Source of the DNA: Nymphaea colorata
Lineage: Eukaryota
Assembly: GCF_008831285.2 (NCBI RefSeq)
Contig: NC_045138.2
Coordinates: 14,012,001 to 14,076,000, forward strand
DNA: 64,000 bases
Reading direction: 5' to 3'
Under the pieces are notes generated by a model. That model had not been told where the DNA came from. It saw only the letters and a program-made list of their open reading frames with translations, and ran no database searches. Shown piece by piece: positions 1-14,679 of this stretch. The number at the start of each line of letters is the position of its first letter. Positions within the stretch are counted from its first letter, which is position 1. Position numbers and translations under genes: made by a program.

Positions 1-712
1 TAATCTGTTGACATCCTACTCTCAATGTTAAAAAAAAAAAAAAAGGAAAAAAAAGCAAAATATTGTGTTTTGTGTTATATGTGATGGTAGACATTGTATG
101 TAAGATTCACAACAACATGAGGGCAAAAATAAGAATTGGGATCGTTGGCTAGCAGTTGAGAACTTGTTCGGTGTCGGCAGCACGAGGGGAGGGCCCAATC
201 CAGATCTTATTATCTTCTTTACGTGGATCCCACAATTCTCCTTTTATTTTTTTTATCAATTTATTCATTTTATTTATTTATTTTTAGGCCACCTTTTTTC
301 TAGAAGAATATTAATTTGAAGTCACATTTTAGTCATACACGTTTTTAGTTTAAAAAGCCAATAGACGGCACCTTTCTATTAGCCGTTGAATTGAACCGGT
401 TTTATCATCCTTTTTGGGCTAAGATCGGGTCAATTTCTATAACAAATTTTAACCCCAAAAAAAAAAAAATCTTTTTTCTTTCAGTTTGATATGTATGGGT
501 GATGGCAAATGGGAGAAGTAAAGGATAGGAAAATGAGACACCACGGAAAGGAAAAGGTAGATTCGTCTACGTCGTCACATTATGATGCACTCCGTCTCGC
601 CGTCGGCGTATTGATGATACCGGTTCGGTCTGCTTTCTTTTCTATTAGTAAAATTTCATTGCACCCATTCATCCAATTACAATCAACAACAAAAATTACA
701 TGAAATTAATGG

Positions 713-716
<4 letters not shown>

Positions 717-747
<31 letters not shown>

Positions 748-760
748 AGAGAGAGAGAGA
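717..760. repeat. (TA)n/(GA)n microsatellite; a similar (CT)n(TA)n lies at ~18025-18065
   Basis: Read directly. Confidence 0.9.
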
Positions 761-1488
761 AAAAAAGTAACATTGTGTTTTAGAACTACATGTTTTAGAA
801 ACATCAAGTTTTTGTTTTAGGAATTGTGGTGTACATGTGTAAGTTTCTTTTAATTCAAAAATCAAAGTCCGAGTTTGAAATAAGAACGTAGTAGTTTTTT
901 TTTTTTTTTTTCGAAACACAATGTCCTCTTATTAAATTCATGTTCTTTTAATAAAAACATAGTATCACACATTTTTTTAAACATGTTGTGTAATAACTGA
1001 TTTTTAAGATCATGAACGTGTTTTTTTTACTTAAGATCAGGTTCACTTTTTTTTTTTTTAGTTTTTTTGGTGATAAAGCGATTTTATCTTATGCCTATTT
1101 AATTTAAAGATGATAACTTGAACCCTTATCCGCACCTCAACAATGACTCTTTCCGTTTTTGATCTGACCACGTTCTACTCTCGGCTCCAATTCCTAAGCA
1201 TAGGGGCGAAGCCAAGACTGTTTTTAGGGGCGGGTCAAACGTTCTTACGAACTTATTCGTGGAGGACAAACCCAAATCTAAAAAATACATTAAGCGACTA
1301 AAAATTTTTGAAGAATGTTTCACGTTATCATCATTAAACGTGAACGCCGTTTCTCGTAAATATACTTGCTTACCGCTGTATGTCCGATAATTTCCCGATA
1401 AAAACCTATTTATTTAAAGGCAAGTATTGCGAGACGCAAGCGGGGAGCCGCGGAATCTGATTAGGGCGGACCCGATTTGCACGCAATA

Positions 1489-1557
1489 AGTGGGACCCAA
1501 TAAGAAGTCAATGCAGCCCAATATTCCGACGTGGTGATCTTATCTGTTGCCACGTGT
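1489..1557 (+). promoter_or_regulatory. ACX2 proximal promoter with a TCP-like site (GTGGGACCCA) and a G-box (GCCACGTG)
   Basis: Motifs read directly about 110-180 bp upstream of the ATG; function is inferred. Confidence 0.45.
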
Positions 1558-1667
1558 AATTGCGTGACGCGGGAACCTCTTCACGTTTTTATGGAAGGCC
1601 TCTCCAATCCGTAAAGCCGTCGGTTTCGATCCTTCTTCTTCCTCCCCCGTCTTTTCTCCACCGGAAG

Positions 1668-4600
1668 ATGGCAGCGAACCCTCGAATCGACGGTGATGAG
1701 GACTCCATTGACGTGTCTACCCGCCGGATTCAACGGCTGAGGTCACACCTCGCCCCGGCGCCGGCGACGGATAGTCAGCTCCTCCTCTACCGGTCACCCT
1801 GCGCCAGAGTGATGCCCGCGCTGCCGGACCCCTCCCTTCTCTCCGCGTACCTCCGCGGGAGGCATCGGGACGTGCAGGAGCGCGTGTTTCGATACTTCAT
1901 CTCCCGGCCGGAGCTGCATACGCCGCTTGAGATCGGGAGGGACGACCACCGGGAGCTCTGCATGAAGCAGCTTATTGGCCTGGTCCGCGGAGTCGGGATC
2001 AAGCCTCTCCGACTCATCTCCGACGATCCTGCTCAGTACTTTGCCGTGGTGGAGGCCGCCGGTGCTGTCGACATGTCTCTCGGAGTCAAATTTGGCGTCC
2101 AGTACAGGTCATCGCCCTGGCTTTCTCCTCCCCTTTTATTTATTCACTTGCCCTGCTTTTTCCTTTTCCTGGAAATGAGGATTGTGAGCATGTTTGGTTT
2201 TCGAATTGCGAAGTTTCAGTTTAGGATTCTCTCTGGTCTTCTGGCACTGTAAGCACGTTTTGGTGGGACCGGAGAATTTTTCCCCATTTTCTATTTTTCC
2301 TTCGATTATGTTTAAGGGCGGAAAGTTGTCTGGAAAAGTAAGGATAATTTGGGATATTCTGCCCAATATATCTATTCATTTCCTATCCGGACGAATAGAG
2401 TGCTCGAAGATACATTGTTTGGACGCACCCAATTATCTAGAAACGGAGGACAAGCAAGGAACATCCTGGATTATCGGATAAGCGGCTGTACGTAACGACC
2501 GCTTGACGTGTTTGAGGAACTAAGGGTTTTTGCTTTTTAGTGTGGAATTATTCCGATGTACTGGTTGTTGCCTGTCTTTTAGCCTTTTTGCTTCCTGTTC
2601 GTTTTATTTTGTCTTCTTTCTTGCGGCGTGCTTGGTTTGTGCATTTAGAACCCCGTTTCCTGTAATTGAAAGATTTGGTCCCGGAACAAGTTTTGTTCAT
2701 CAGAGGCATCGTGTACGGAGGTAGCTTGTGTGTGAAAGCAACTCCGTTTGAGACGTGTTCATGTTTCTTTTTTGTCGTGATCGGTAGCTGTAGTTTTGAA
2801 CTGAGGCATTGATTTGCAGCTCAAAATGCAAATTTGTAAGTAATGAAAATTTCGATATGGCGTATTGGCATTCAATAGAATGATGGTGCACTTTAATGGT
2901 TCAAGTGGAAGGAGACAAGTGATCAGTTTGCAGTTAAGAGAGGTAGTAGTGGAGGCTGCTCAAACGATCCGGCTAGGTGACAATGCTATGCTGTCACAAA
3001 GTTTACGCAGAACTGTGGTAAAACTGTGTAGAGTAAAGAAGCGCTAAAATAGAGAATGAGGACATACAAACAACGTTAAACTAATGATCTCCACTATTAT
3101 TTGCTTCCTAAGAAGCCGTAGCAGTTTGGCAGAAATGCTAATGCTTAACAGGCTTTTAGATTTAGAAACTAAAGTACGGACTCTCTAACAGCAATAGCTC
3201 CGCAGAGTAGGTTCCCATCTGTTCACTCTCAACGGGCAGCTGAAGGGTAAAAAAAGGTTGAAGTGCAGTCCCCAACCTTGACCTGCTAAATTGAATAATC
3301 TCTTTAATTAGCCACAAAGGCTGGCTACTCCAAAAGCAGGTGGATGATCAACTATTACTGGGCCTGTCACTTAAGACATTTAGTTCTTTTTCCTTTTGCT
3401 AAGCCGGTGGATATCTAGCATGCCTCGAGTCTATGTCTTGGTGAAATGGGTTGTGATTTGAAGCTAATTACATGCCTTATCTGTCTTCACATTCTATCCT
3501 TATAGTTTTCTAGCAGCCCTTAAGCTTTGTCTGATGTCGGAGTTTTCTTAGTTGCATGGATCATGCTTTTAGAAGTTTTCAATTATTTTGCATTTTCTAT
3601 TGATCAGTATATCTAATTTTTTATTCAGTTAGTGAACTATTTTTTGTGCTTTTGGCAGCCTTTGGGGTGGCTCAGTGATCAATCTGGGGACCAAAAAGCA
3701 CAGAGACAAGTACTTTAATGAGATAGACAATTTAAATTATCCCGGTTGTTTCGCAATGACAGAACTCCATCATGGTAGGTACTCTATATCCTTTGAATCA
3801 GCTAGATTAGGACTTTTCTTTTGTTTGTGATTATACTTCTGTCTTGTGGGAAGTTTCTTTTATAGCTGAAGATCTAATTGCATTTCTTCATCTTTCTGCC
3901 ACAAGGTTCAAATGTTCAAGGCATTCAAACTGTAGCAATCTTTGATCCTGCAACTGATGAATTTGTCATTAACACACCTAATGATGGAGCAATAAAGTGG
4001 TGGATTGGAAATGCTGCGCTTCATGGGAAGTTTGCAACTGTCTTCGCCAAACTGATCTTGCCATCGCCTGAATCAAAAGATGGTGCCGATATGGGAGTCC
4101 ATGCATTCATTGTTCCAATAAGAGATGTGGAGACACACTGTGTCCTTCCTGGCATCGAAATCCGTGATTGTGGACATAAGATTGGCCTTAATGGGGTTGA
4201 CAATGGGGCACTAAAATTCACAAATGTGAGGATCCCACGTGATAATCTGCTTAATCGGTTTGGTGATGTTTCACGTGATGGAAAATATACAAGCAGCCTA
4301 CCTACAATTAATAAAAGATTCGCTGCAACTCTGGGGGAGCTAGTTGGTGGGAGAGTGGCCATTGCTTATTCTTCTGTCGCGGTACTTAAGTTGTCATTGA
4401 CCATAGCAATACGATATTCTCTCCTTCGGCAGCAATTCGGACCCCCAAAGCAGCCAGAAATCAGTATACTGGATTATCAATCCCAGCAACATAAACTCAT
4501 GCCAATGCTTGCATCTGCATATGCCTTCCACTTTGCATCAAAGTGTCTGGTTGATGAGTATGCTGAGATGAAGAAGACTCAGGATGAAGAGGTGATTGGT

Positions 4601-5797
4601 GATGTTCATACTCTTTCTTCTGGTCTCAAAGCATATATTACATCATATACTGCCAGGTCCTTGAGCACATGCCGGGAAGCTTGTGGTGGACATGGATATG
4701 CTGCTGTCAATAGGTTTGGTGATTTACGTAATGACCATGATATATTTCAAACCTTTGAAGGAGATAACACTGTGCTTCTTCAGCAGGTAATGCATGAATA
4801 TAGCCTCTTTCTTTTGTTCTCTTCACTGTTTATCCATGATATAACCTAGTAATCCTTGTATACAGGTATCAGCATATCTTTTGAAGCAATACCAAGAAAA
4901 ATTCAAAGGTGGAACATTAACTGTAACATGGAACTATTTAAGGGAATCAATGGGTGCTTACCTCTCTCAACCAAATCCTGTAACTATTCGCCGTGAAGGA
5001 GAAGAGCACCTGAGGGATCCTAGCTTCCAGTTGGATGCTTTCAGGGTAGGTGAAAAGGCACAGTTTTAGCCATAGCCATATTTTAACTGTCCATTAGTTA
5101 CTATCACCGTTTGGTAGTCCAATGAAATTTCACTATTCATTATTTTCTTGCAGTACCGAACATCTCGGTTGCTTCACACGGTCGCAATCCGCCTGCGCAA
5201 GCATTCTAAGACCCTTGGAGGCTTTGGTGCATGGAACAGGTGTTTAAATCATTTGTTGACTCTTGCAGAGTCCCACATTGAATCGGTCATTTTGGCAAAA
5301 TTTATAGAAGCTGTTGAAAGGTAAGGTTCAATATGGATGGCTGCTGTTCTCTGAATATAAATTACAATTACAATTTGCTGAATTAAGTTATGTTGCAGCT
5401 GCAAGGACAGCAGCACCCGATCTGTTCTGAAGCTTGTCTGTGACCTTTACGCCTTGGATCGCATATGGAAGGACATTGGTACTTTTCGTAATGTAGACTA
5501 TGTGGCTCCTAATAAGGCAAAGGTAAGAACGAACATGGCCTACTTGTAGTAGGATGACTGATGCCCACAAACATTCTGTCACTATGCCTATACAAGTACT
5601 GTTTATTGCCTCTAATGTTGCACATCTGGGATTGTTTGCAGGCAATCCACAAGCTCACAGAATACCTGAGTTTCCAAGTGAAGAATGTCGCCAAAGAACT
5701 CGTGGGAGCATTTGATATTCCTGATGAGGTCGTTCGCGCACCAATTGCTTTGCAGTCTGAGCCATACAACCAATATACACAGTTTGTAGGATTTTAA
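1668..5797 (+). CDS. ACX2: Peroxisomal long-chain acyl-CoA oxidase 2; 7 exons: 1668-2107, 3659-3774, 3906-4786, 4866-5045, 5154-5320, 5399-5522, 5642-5797
   Basis: GT-AG junctions join in frame. Motifs: [57 protein letters not shown]. The C-terminus [10 protein letters not shown] resembles plant ACX2. N-terminal PTS2 RIQRLRSHL (RI-x5-HL). Confidence 0.95.
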
Positions 5798-6738
5798 GCA
5801 GATCAAAGCAGACGTACAAGTTGTGGAGAAATTTCTACTGTAAATAATTTGTGGAGTGCACCAGTATAAACCGGAAGCACGCTTACATTCAGGCGATTGC
5901 TTTTAGACGCTTGGAAGTTTGATCCAAGAGCTTCAAATGCCTCCCTTCTTTGCCTCTTGGCTGTACATTGACTGTACAAACTAGGTGACAACTTTCATCT
6001 AATAAGTATAATATAATTATGGCCTTACTATGTTGTGTGGTTTCTTCTTTCTTCTTGGATTGCATTAGTCATTTCATGCAACGATATTCACAAATTCCAA
6101 TATTCTGGTGCAAACCCGATGTTCGATGTTTGGTATGTTGATGCTTTACAGTTTGGATTGGGAAGCAAATGTGTATTCTTAAATCCATACCCAGTTACCG
6201 ATTGGACTCCGATCCTATGGTTGCAAACGGATTGGTTTGGGGACAGAAAAATATGTTCAGAGATCGGATTGAAATCAGATCTTGGAGTTAAAACCAACCA
6301 GCATGCCGGAACTTTAGTTTTACGGTATATACAACTTAAATGGTTGGTGGGACAATTCCATATTTAATTCAAACCTCAATCGATCCAAGAAGAGGAAAAA
6401 ACAACCAAAGCGGGTTGTTCATAAAACGAAAAATAATAATAAACTGAGTTTGATGGAGAGTTTTCTTATCAAATCCGATCCATATCAGATTTTCAGAGGC
6501 ATCCTGAATCCAATTACATGATAGCTCCTCTCCCAAAGGCAGTCGATTTTTCAATAAATGGCCGGAAGTTTATTTGTTGATTCTCAAACTTTCCACGCCA
6601 CGTTTTCCTCCCATTCGAACCGACGGCGGTAGCGGGAAGCCTCCTCCGGTGTTTCTCTGCGTTGTTTTTTGTTGCTGATCGCTCCCATTCATTCTGAAAG
6701 AGAGGGCGAAGGGAAAGAAGCAGAAAATCAAGGAGGGG

Positions 6739-9700
6739 ATGGCGACGTCTGGAGGTGGAGAGCAGTTGCCCAGGAAGGAGGTTGCGGTGCTGAAGGGTCA
6801 TGAAGGGGCGGTGCTGGCCGCGCGCTTCAACTCCGACGGCAACTACTGCCTGAGCTGCGGCAAGGACCGGACCATTCGGCTGTGGAACCCTCACCGCTCC
6901 CTCCACATCAAGACCTACAAGGCCCACGCTCGCGACGTCCGCGACGTCCATGTCACTCTGTATGGTCTCCCCACTAAACCCTGATCCGAATATGACGCCC
7001 TTCTTCTTCGTTCCATTGTCGTCGTTATTATTTCTTCTTATGATTGTTGTAATTCTTGCTGTTGTGTTATTACGTTCAGGGATAACGCGAAATTGTGTTC
7101 ATGTGGTGGCGATCGGCAGGTATTCTATTGGGATGTAGCAACAGGTCGCGTAATCCGGAAATTTCGAGGCCACGATAGTGATGTATGCGGCTGTTTGTTT
7201 CTTCTTTAGTGTAATGGTTCTTTTCAGTTTCTTCTGCTTGTTCTTGTTGTTCGATGAGGAAATTAGGGTTGAGGATCAGCTTATATATGTGATTTTATTA
7301 GTTGCAAGGTCTTCTTGATCTGTGATGCGGCTGGGATTACTGGTCGTTTGATATAATAATTTGATTGGGGATAGGCATGCATTGATTGTGTTTCCACACT
7401 GCTTGCCGTTAGAATTGATTATCGTATGAGTTTCGCAATGAATAAATTTAGGAATTACATGCTTTTACTTTTCGTGGGTCAATGCGTTAAGTTGTGTTTG
7501 AACGAAGTTCATGTTTGTCATTTTGATGGTGCACATTCTTGTTCATGTATCTCTTTTGCCGCGATTGTTGTAAGCCAATAGTTCTGGTTGGAACGCTTGG
7601 AGATAGAGTAAAAAGGGGTTAGTATGGTACTTTGAGTTACCGAATGTTTTGAAATACTGCCCCAGGATCATTCAGAATTTAGTTTGTTCGTGTCACTGAA
7701 TTTGCTAATGTATAAATAATCTATCATCAGCTCATGTATGATGTAATCTAAGCCTCCAAACCGTAGATAATAACTTTTAGGGAGCATGTGATGTCATGCA
7801 ATTTAAACAATTGGGGAGTACTTGGAAGCTTCTAATGCGAGAAGCACAACTGGTAATTTATTTCCGCCAAAAAATGTGAAAAAGAAAAAATACCTGCACT
7901 TCTGAGAACCAGTAAAAGAATGAGTTTCTTGACGTGTTTTGATGCACCCAAAAGTTAAACGAATGGAGGGGCAAGGGCCCTGGGTAACTTCAGATAGCAA
8001 AGACATGATTAAGGTTTTGAGAGGACAAAACTTGAAACGAACTTCTGAGTCAGAATCTGAATCTTTTTCTGGATACTATTTAATAATGTTGGACTTCTTT
8101 AAATTTAGATTTTACATAGTTTCAATATTAGGGGCATTCTCATCTGGATGGTTTCTGGAATTAAAAAAGCAAATTTAAGGGAATAATTCTATTCAGAGAA
8201 AAAGAAATTGGGTTTTGATTCCAGTAGCATGATGATATCTGTCTAGACACTAGAGTCCTTTGTCGTGTCTGAAATAGAATCATGCGTTAGATGTCTCGGA
8301 CGTCATGACTGAAACTATATGTCTTTAATATCACATTTTGCTCAGGAAAAAATAGAAACTGAAAAGTAAAATTCTTTTTACTCAAATAAGCTTGATCAAA
8401 AAGCAAGTTATTGAGAAAATCTCCTCAGATGCTTTCTTTCTAATAGATTGCGGAGAATGACACATTTCTACATGTTTAAACCTGAAATAGTAAAGCTCTG
8501 TGAATACTGAAAGTCAACTACTTCATGTCCGCATATAGTTTCCAGTCTCACAAAGAAATCTTGACATTTATGAATCACAGGTAAATGCTGTCAAGTTCAA
8601 TGAGTATGGTGCTGCACTAATATCAGCTGGTAATGATCGTTCAGTGAGGGCATGGGATTGCAGATCACAAAGCACTGAGCCAGTTCAGGTAGAAAGCTGC
8701 TTTAGCAGTTGAAGCATGAAAATTGATGCCCAAACTTCTCATTCTTCTCTGGTTATCAGCTCTATTTTGTCCTCATTAATTGTTTGGCAGATTATTGACA
8801 CATTTTCAGACAGTGTGATGTCCCTATGGTTAACTAAGACTGAAATCATTGCTGGAAGTGTTGACGGAACTGTGCGCACGTTTGACATTCGCATTGGTAG
8901 GTATGTAGCATCTTGTTGGTGATTATCATTAACTTGCTTGCTTGCCTTTTGTTGCACTTGCAAATAAACACAAGTTGCTAATGATTTGTCCTTCCCTTTA
9001 GTTTTCCCTAGTAACTCTTCCAAATAATTCTCATTTGATTGTAAACCAGGGAGATCGTTGATGAACTCGGACAGCCTGTGAACTGTATTGCAGTATCAAA
9101 TGATGGTAACTGTGTGCTAGCTAGTTGCTTGGATTCGTCTTTGCGCCTCCTAGACAGGTAGCATCACGAAATAGAAACACTTTTGTTGCTGAATCTTTTA
9201 GTTGTTCCTGTTTGTTTCTCATGCTGCTCGCACGACAGGTCAACAGGCGAACTTTTGCAAGAATACAAGGGTCATACTTGTAAGGTGGGTGTTGAGAACA
9301 TCATGTTGGCTTTTCATCAAATACCCAATTAATGAGCTACTCCTGTGGGGATTGCAATGAAGAAGGGTATCTGATCATGCAATTTTAGTTGTTATAGTCA
9401 AGAAAATCTTTTACAACAATCACATCAACCTTCAAACATGTCCAAGTGTGATATTACAAGCATTACCTGTAAATGTAACCTTAGGTCTGATGATGCTTGA
9501 CTTGGAAACTCATAATCACACATATGCTTATGTACACATGAAATACATTGTATACAATATCGATACAAGGATCGAATGGGATCGTACAGATTATGTCACC
9601 CTTGTTGCCAGTTACAGTGGTGTTTACTATATTGCTATGTCATGTCTTCATCTTAAGATAATGACAGTATGATAGATTAGTAGTGGCAGGATTACAGATA

Positions 9701-10535
9701 ACACATCCTTCTCATATATCAATGCACCTACTTCATGTCTTATGTCTTGCATCCAGAATATTTCTGTGCATGATGTGATTTTAACGTGATTATGTTTTAT
9801 TTGAATCAGTCTTACAAGTTGGATTGTTGCCTTACCAACACTGATGCACATGTAGCTGGAGGATCTGAAGATGGCAAGGTCTTCCTTTGGGATTTGGTTG
9901 AGGCATCTGTTGTTTCAAGCTTTCGAGCACATGCCTCAGTGGTAAATGAGCTTTTGTGTATTTCATATTAAATCTATTTTTTCTTTTTCATGTCTTTATC
10001 TCTGATGATGCTTAGTGATGAGGTGCTTGCGAGAAGGGGACACGGCCTTTGCCGTCCTCTTGCCTTTTGCAAGGGATTATTCTCAGTTTGTTCCCCTTTC
10101 AGTTAGTTGCAGATAATGTAGTTAAAACTTGGTTATAAAACAAAATCAAGTGTTTGAGAAACAGGAAAGTGAAACTTGCCACTCCAGGTGGCATTTTTTA
10201 TTACTCTGTCCTGTTCCTCTCTTGTCTGCCATGGAAGGCCTCTTTTTCCCTTGAAACAATATATGTGCCCTTGCGGGTAATAAAATTTTATCTACTAAAA
10301 TAGTTGTTTGCTGTTACCAACAACAGCAGCAGTAGCCTTAAAAGTGATGTAGATTTTTAGAACTGTGAATCGATATTGGCGCGTTACCCGTTGCATTTTG
10401 GTATTTGAAACAATGCGAGTACATTTACTTTGTCTTTTCTTATTTAATTAGGTGACAAGTGTGAGTTATCATCCAAAGGATGCTTGTATGATAACATCAT
10501 CCATTGATGGCACTGTTCGTGTTTGGAAAGCTTAA
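6739..10535 (+). CDS. WDR83: WD40-repeat protein, WDR83/MORG1 homolog; 8 exons: 6739-6959, 7080-7182, 8581-8688, 8791-8900, 9050-9157, 9239-9284, 9810-9941, 10452-10535
   Basis: Spliced translation gives LKGHEGAVLAARFNSDGNYCLSCGKDRTIRLWNP, GGDRQVFYWDVATGRVIRKFRGH, GSVDGTVRTFDIR, GELLQEYKGH and GGSEDGKVFLWDLV, typical of MORG1. Junctions are canonical. Confidence 0.9.
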
Positions 10536-13500
10536 CTGCAACATGCCTCTGTTTCTTCACCAGCGAAGGAACATTCCTATTCAAAGACAGATCGATGCAT
10601 TCAACCGCTGGTGTCCATCAACTGAGGCTACATTCAGTAGACAGTGAAGCACTCATATGATCCTACTAGTCTGCAACCGTCCACAGAAGCGCTTAACTGG
10701 TGAGCTGTGGTTTTTGTTTCTATTCAAAGGATCCATCACGCGTGGCCACGGCAAGCAGAAAACAAGAACGTGTCCCCATGTTCATTGATGCGATGCTCAT
10801 TAATGGAATCTCTTTTTGTTCTCAGAAGGTTCACTGTCCCTCTGACATGAAAATATGCAACAGATTATATTTCACCTAAAGGTAGACATGGCTCCAACAG
10901 AAAATGCTGATGTTGATTTAATTTGAATCTGAAGATAGTCTGACTAGTCAGATATGCGTCCAAAATGAACATGCGTTTAAATTTTCTCAGGAATTCATCT
11001 CAGGACACTGCATTGACAATCTGGAACAGGACATAATGCACGTTACATCATTCTGGATTTTTCCTGGTTAAGTGGTTTAACGAACTGGGCCACGTTCAGC
11101 ACCTTTGTTGTTTGTGTGTATGTAACATACAGCATCTCTGTTTGTTTGTGTATATGTGTGTGCATGTTGTTCGTGGTTGCGCGTCTCACAGACCTCAGTT
11201 TTTCCAGCCTAGTGCCCACCGCAGCAGGGAGAACGCTGAGCTTAGGTGGCTTGCAGCAACTGATGCCTTCTATGAGGGTTTGAACTGCCGATGCGTTCAA
11301 CTTGGTAGTGGTTAAGAAGGATCCGTGAGTCCAAACCTGATAAACTTGAATACGCTGTATTCAAATTTAAGACAGAGATTATTGTTCGTCCAGTGCTTTG
11401 CTTCCCTTTTGCATTGAAGTGGTTACTGATTATGAGTGTTGAGGGAGTCGTCTGCTTCTTGGTGTCTCAGGTTGAGCTCCCTCACCTACTTAAATGATCG
11501 CAGGCCTGAATGGATCTCCAAGATCGTTTATCTCGAAAAGAGAGTTTGAACGCACTAACCCAGCTAACGCAAAGTTTGAACACGATAATCTTGCTTGTGT
11601 GTGGCCTTAATCATAATTTAACTTTTTCTAACCTTTTTTCATCTTCTTTTGGCATGTGAACTTAAAATAAGGTTTCATAGTGGGGGCATGGATCAGAGGT
11701 GCCCAACTACTAATTCGATTTCAAATCTGTTTAGTCGAACCCAACAAGTAGAGGTAGAGCTGGTTACTGATTATATTTGGATCGGGTATGCAGTTTCATA
11801 ATGGATTAGGTTTTGATGAACATGCTACTCAATTACAAGCAACTCTCGGATGTTATGATAGCTAAAGTTGAATACCGCTTTTTTTTTAATAAAAAAAAAA
11901 GTTCAAATCTTGATCAACTTGTCGAATTTATTTAAGGCTAGATTTCGTCAGTGTTAAAACTGTTCACATCCCCATTTCAAAGAATGGGCTAGCATGATGT
12001 CATCTTGCATTACCGTCCATAAACACTTCTAAATGCATATTGACCACAGTTTCCATTATTCAAAGCCTTAGAGAGTGATGGCACTTAATTGCTAGCTGTT
12101 ACAATCATCTCTCTCTTTCTCCTCCAACTTTGCTAGATGCTATGCATTCATTTCTCTCTGTCTCTCTCCTTAATACATTAAACACATATATTGACTAATT
12201 GCCCCTGTATCAGCATATGTTAAATCTCCACCCAAATAGATCCAACCAACAATCCGACCCCATTTATTTAGTTTTGTTCTGCAAGTGTAGGTCGGTCTTT
12301 TTGCAATACAAATTCATGTAAGAAGAAACTTACACTTCGGAATGGGCTAACAAATGGGAAAGGCTGTTGCGCCATTGAGTTTTGTTCATCATGAAGACGA
12401 TTGAAGGCAGGCAAACCTGCTGAACTGTTGACAGCTTTACGTTGAAAACTTTCAATATTTTCTATGGGTTTTTTTTAAAAAAAAAAAAAACTTCTAAATT
12501 ATAACAGAGGCCTTTCCTTTGCAAATATTGAACACTTATGCCAGAAAAAAAAAACTGGAATACGAGTAAATATTGCATGCATGTATTGGCACATTTAAAA
12601 GATGAATTAATGAGGCCTTAACGTCACGCGTCACGTCAAACATGACCGTTCAGTTTGGCGTCTGAAGAAACATTTTCGGCCAGCTGTCTTGAGAAAGCAC
12701 CAACTTTGGAAGACGTTCTCAATTGCTGTCATTGCTTTTATCGCTTCCAAATTCCAACCAAGTGCCGTCCTGGTTCCGATAACAAGTAGTTAAATGGGCA
12801 CGCGTAGGAGTTTGGATACCAATATTTATATGTAGATATGATATAACTTTACAAAATGAGGGGTATGGTAATGGATAATAATTCTAAAAAACATAATTGC
12901 AAACAAACTCAATCAAATAAATAGAATTATGTAGTTTTGATTAGTTTCGATGTCCAAGTACCCACTTTCAAGACGAGTATAGATATAAAAACCTTACATA
13001 GATATAACTGAGGGGAGGAAGTGGATTAGATCCGACCTTTCCAAACCAACGTTAGCGCCAGATCCGATCGATGGTAACCCTTTTCTTTTCCTTTTTCCTT
13101 GTTTCTTATCTTAACTCTTAAGGGGCGGGAGATTTGAAAAGGGTTCTTTTTTCTAGTGAAAATTTTCCGGGAATCTGAGTTCCCTCCCCCGCCTTTTTCT
13201 CTCTTCCCTCTCCTTTCCGAAACATTACGGTAGGGTCCGTATTTTCAGCCAACAGAAACGACACGATCCATTGTCCTCGCTTTCATATCAGAGCTTCACC
13301 TTGCAGGTGAATCTAAACAACAAGTTCCACCAACGCCTCCTTGCCACGTGTAAAAGCTTGGCCTTGAAAACTGAGTTGCATACCATGATAAAAAGTCTGG
13401 GATAAATAAAACTTCTCCTGCGCATACTTCTTTTAAGGCGCATTTGGATTCATTAAATGGGTTCCAACAACCGCCCAAGCTAAGCAAGCAAAAGCGTTGG

Positions 13501-14679
13501 CTGCAGTTGATGAATGACAAGGACTTCATGTGCAGTGCAGGTGCCATTAGAGCCTTCCACTGCAACTTGTCTTGGAATAAATTTCACCTTTTGTCTCCCA
13601 TCTTGTGGATTTTAATAGATTCGAGCCTCAAATGGTAAGAACTGATAGCATTCAAAAGCTTTGAGTTCATCAGATATTGAAACACAAAATAAGATGTGAT
13701 TTTCTTAACCAAAAATACATATTTTTATTAAGTAACGTAATTCATTGGTTGACTCAATCTCAATAAACTGAAACATGTAGATTACAACCACGTTACCAAT
13801 GAACACAACTTTAAAAAAAAAAAAAAAAAAACTTTGAAATTATATGGGATATGAATTTGGTTTCAACTGTAGGCAAGGAATGGCCCATCTTAGTGTTGTA
13901 CTTTTTTTTTTTTTTCCTTGTTGATTTTGATCATATGTGTGTGATCCAAGCCAATTGTTTGAGAGCAGAACTTGAAATTCAACATCTTACAGTTTTCTAT
14001 ATTTTCAATACTTTAAAAGTTGTTGTTGTTCATCCAAAGAAGACAAAATGTAATAGCTGGTTCCTGGAAAAGTGATCATGCTAAATACAACTACAAACCC
14101 TTATTTGAATAAGAGGCATTAAAATTTCACAACTGTCACGCAGTGTATGAATGGTTGGTGGAACCAATTTCTCTTATTTTGGCTCATTAGAAGAAGCAGT
14201 TGCACACATTTATATAGTCCAATTTGACAAGGCTATTTTTAGGGGTCACTATATGGATATTTAATTATACCTAAATCTAATAACTCTTATGTATTGTCTA
14301 CATTACAAGCAAAGCTACCTTTCAGCTCAATAAGGAGCTTGTTAGCTCTGATTGCATGACAATTACATAAAACTTCAAATTTCACGTCCACTATTGTGTC
14401 CCATCATACTAAATAGCCACATAGTTTTATATTAGTGTAAAAAAATCATGAAAAGTTTATAGTCGTCCATTATTTAAAAACTTATATATCCCAATGCACT
14501 CTGACTGCATGTGTTTTCTTGAACTACAACAAACAAGAAGTTTAAGAAAGCTTTTACTTATATAATAACAAAATAGATCGTATTCAACGTTTCTCAACCA
14601 AAAAAGTCGTCGAAATATCCCGTTATTTTGGATGCCGATATTTTCCAACTTACAAGCGGGGCTTGATGCTTAGGTGAAA

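Noticed and set aside
1560..1667. N-terminal extension of ACX2 in the ORF track
   Set aside because: It begins at a non-ATG codon in promoter/UTR sequence. The ATG at 1668 gives the expected PTS2 position.
8229..8312. ATGATGA...CTGA in WDR83 intron 2
   Set aside because: The 9-nt rRNA-like match is not adjacent to a D box, and the terminal stem is poor.
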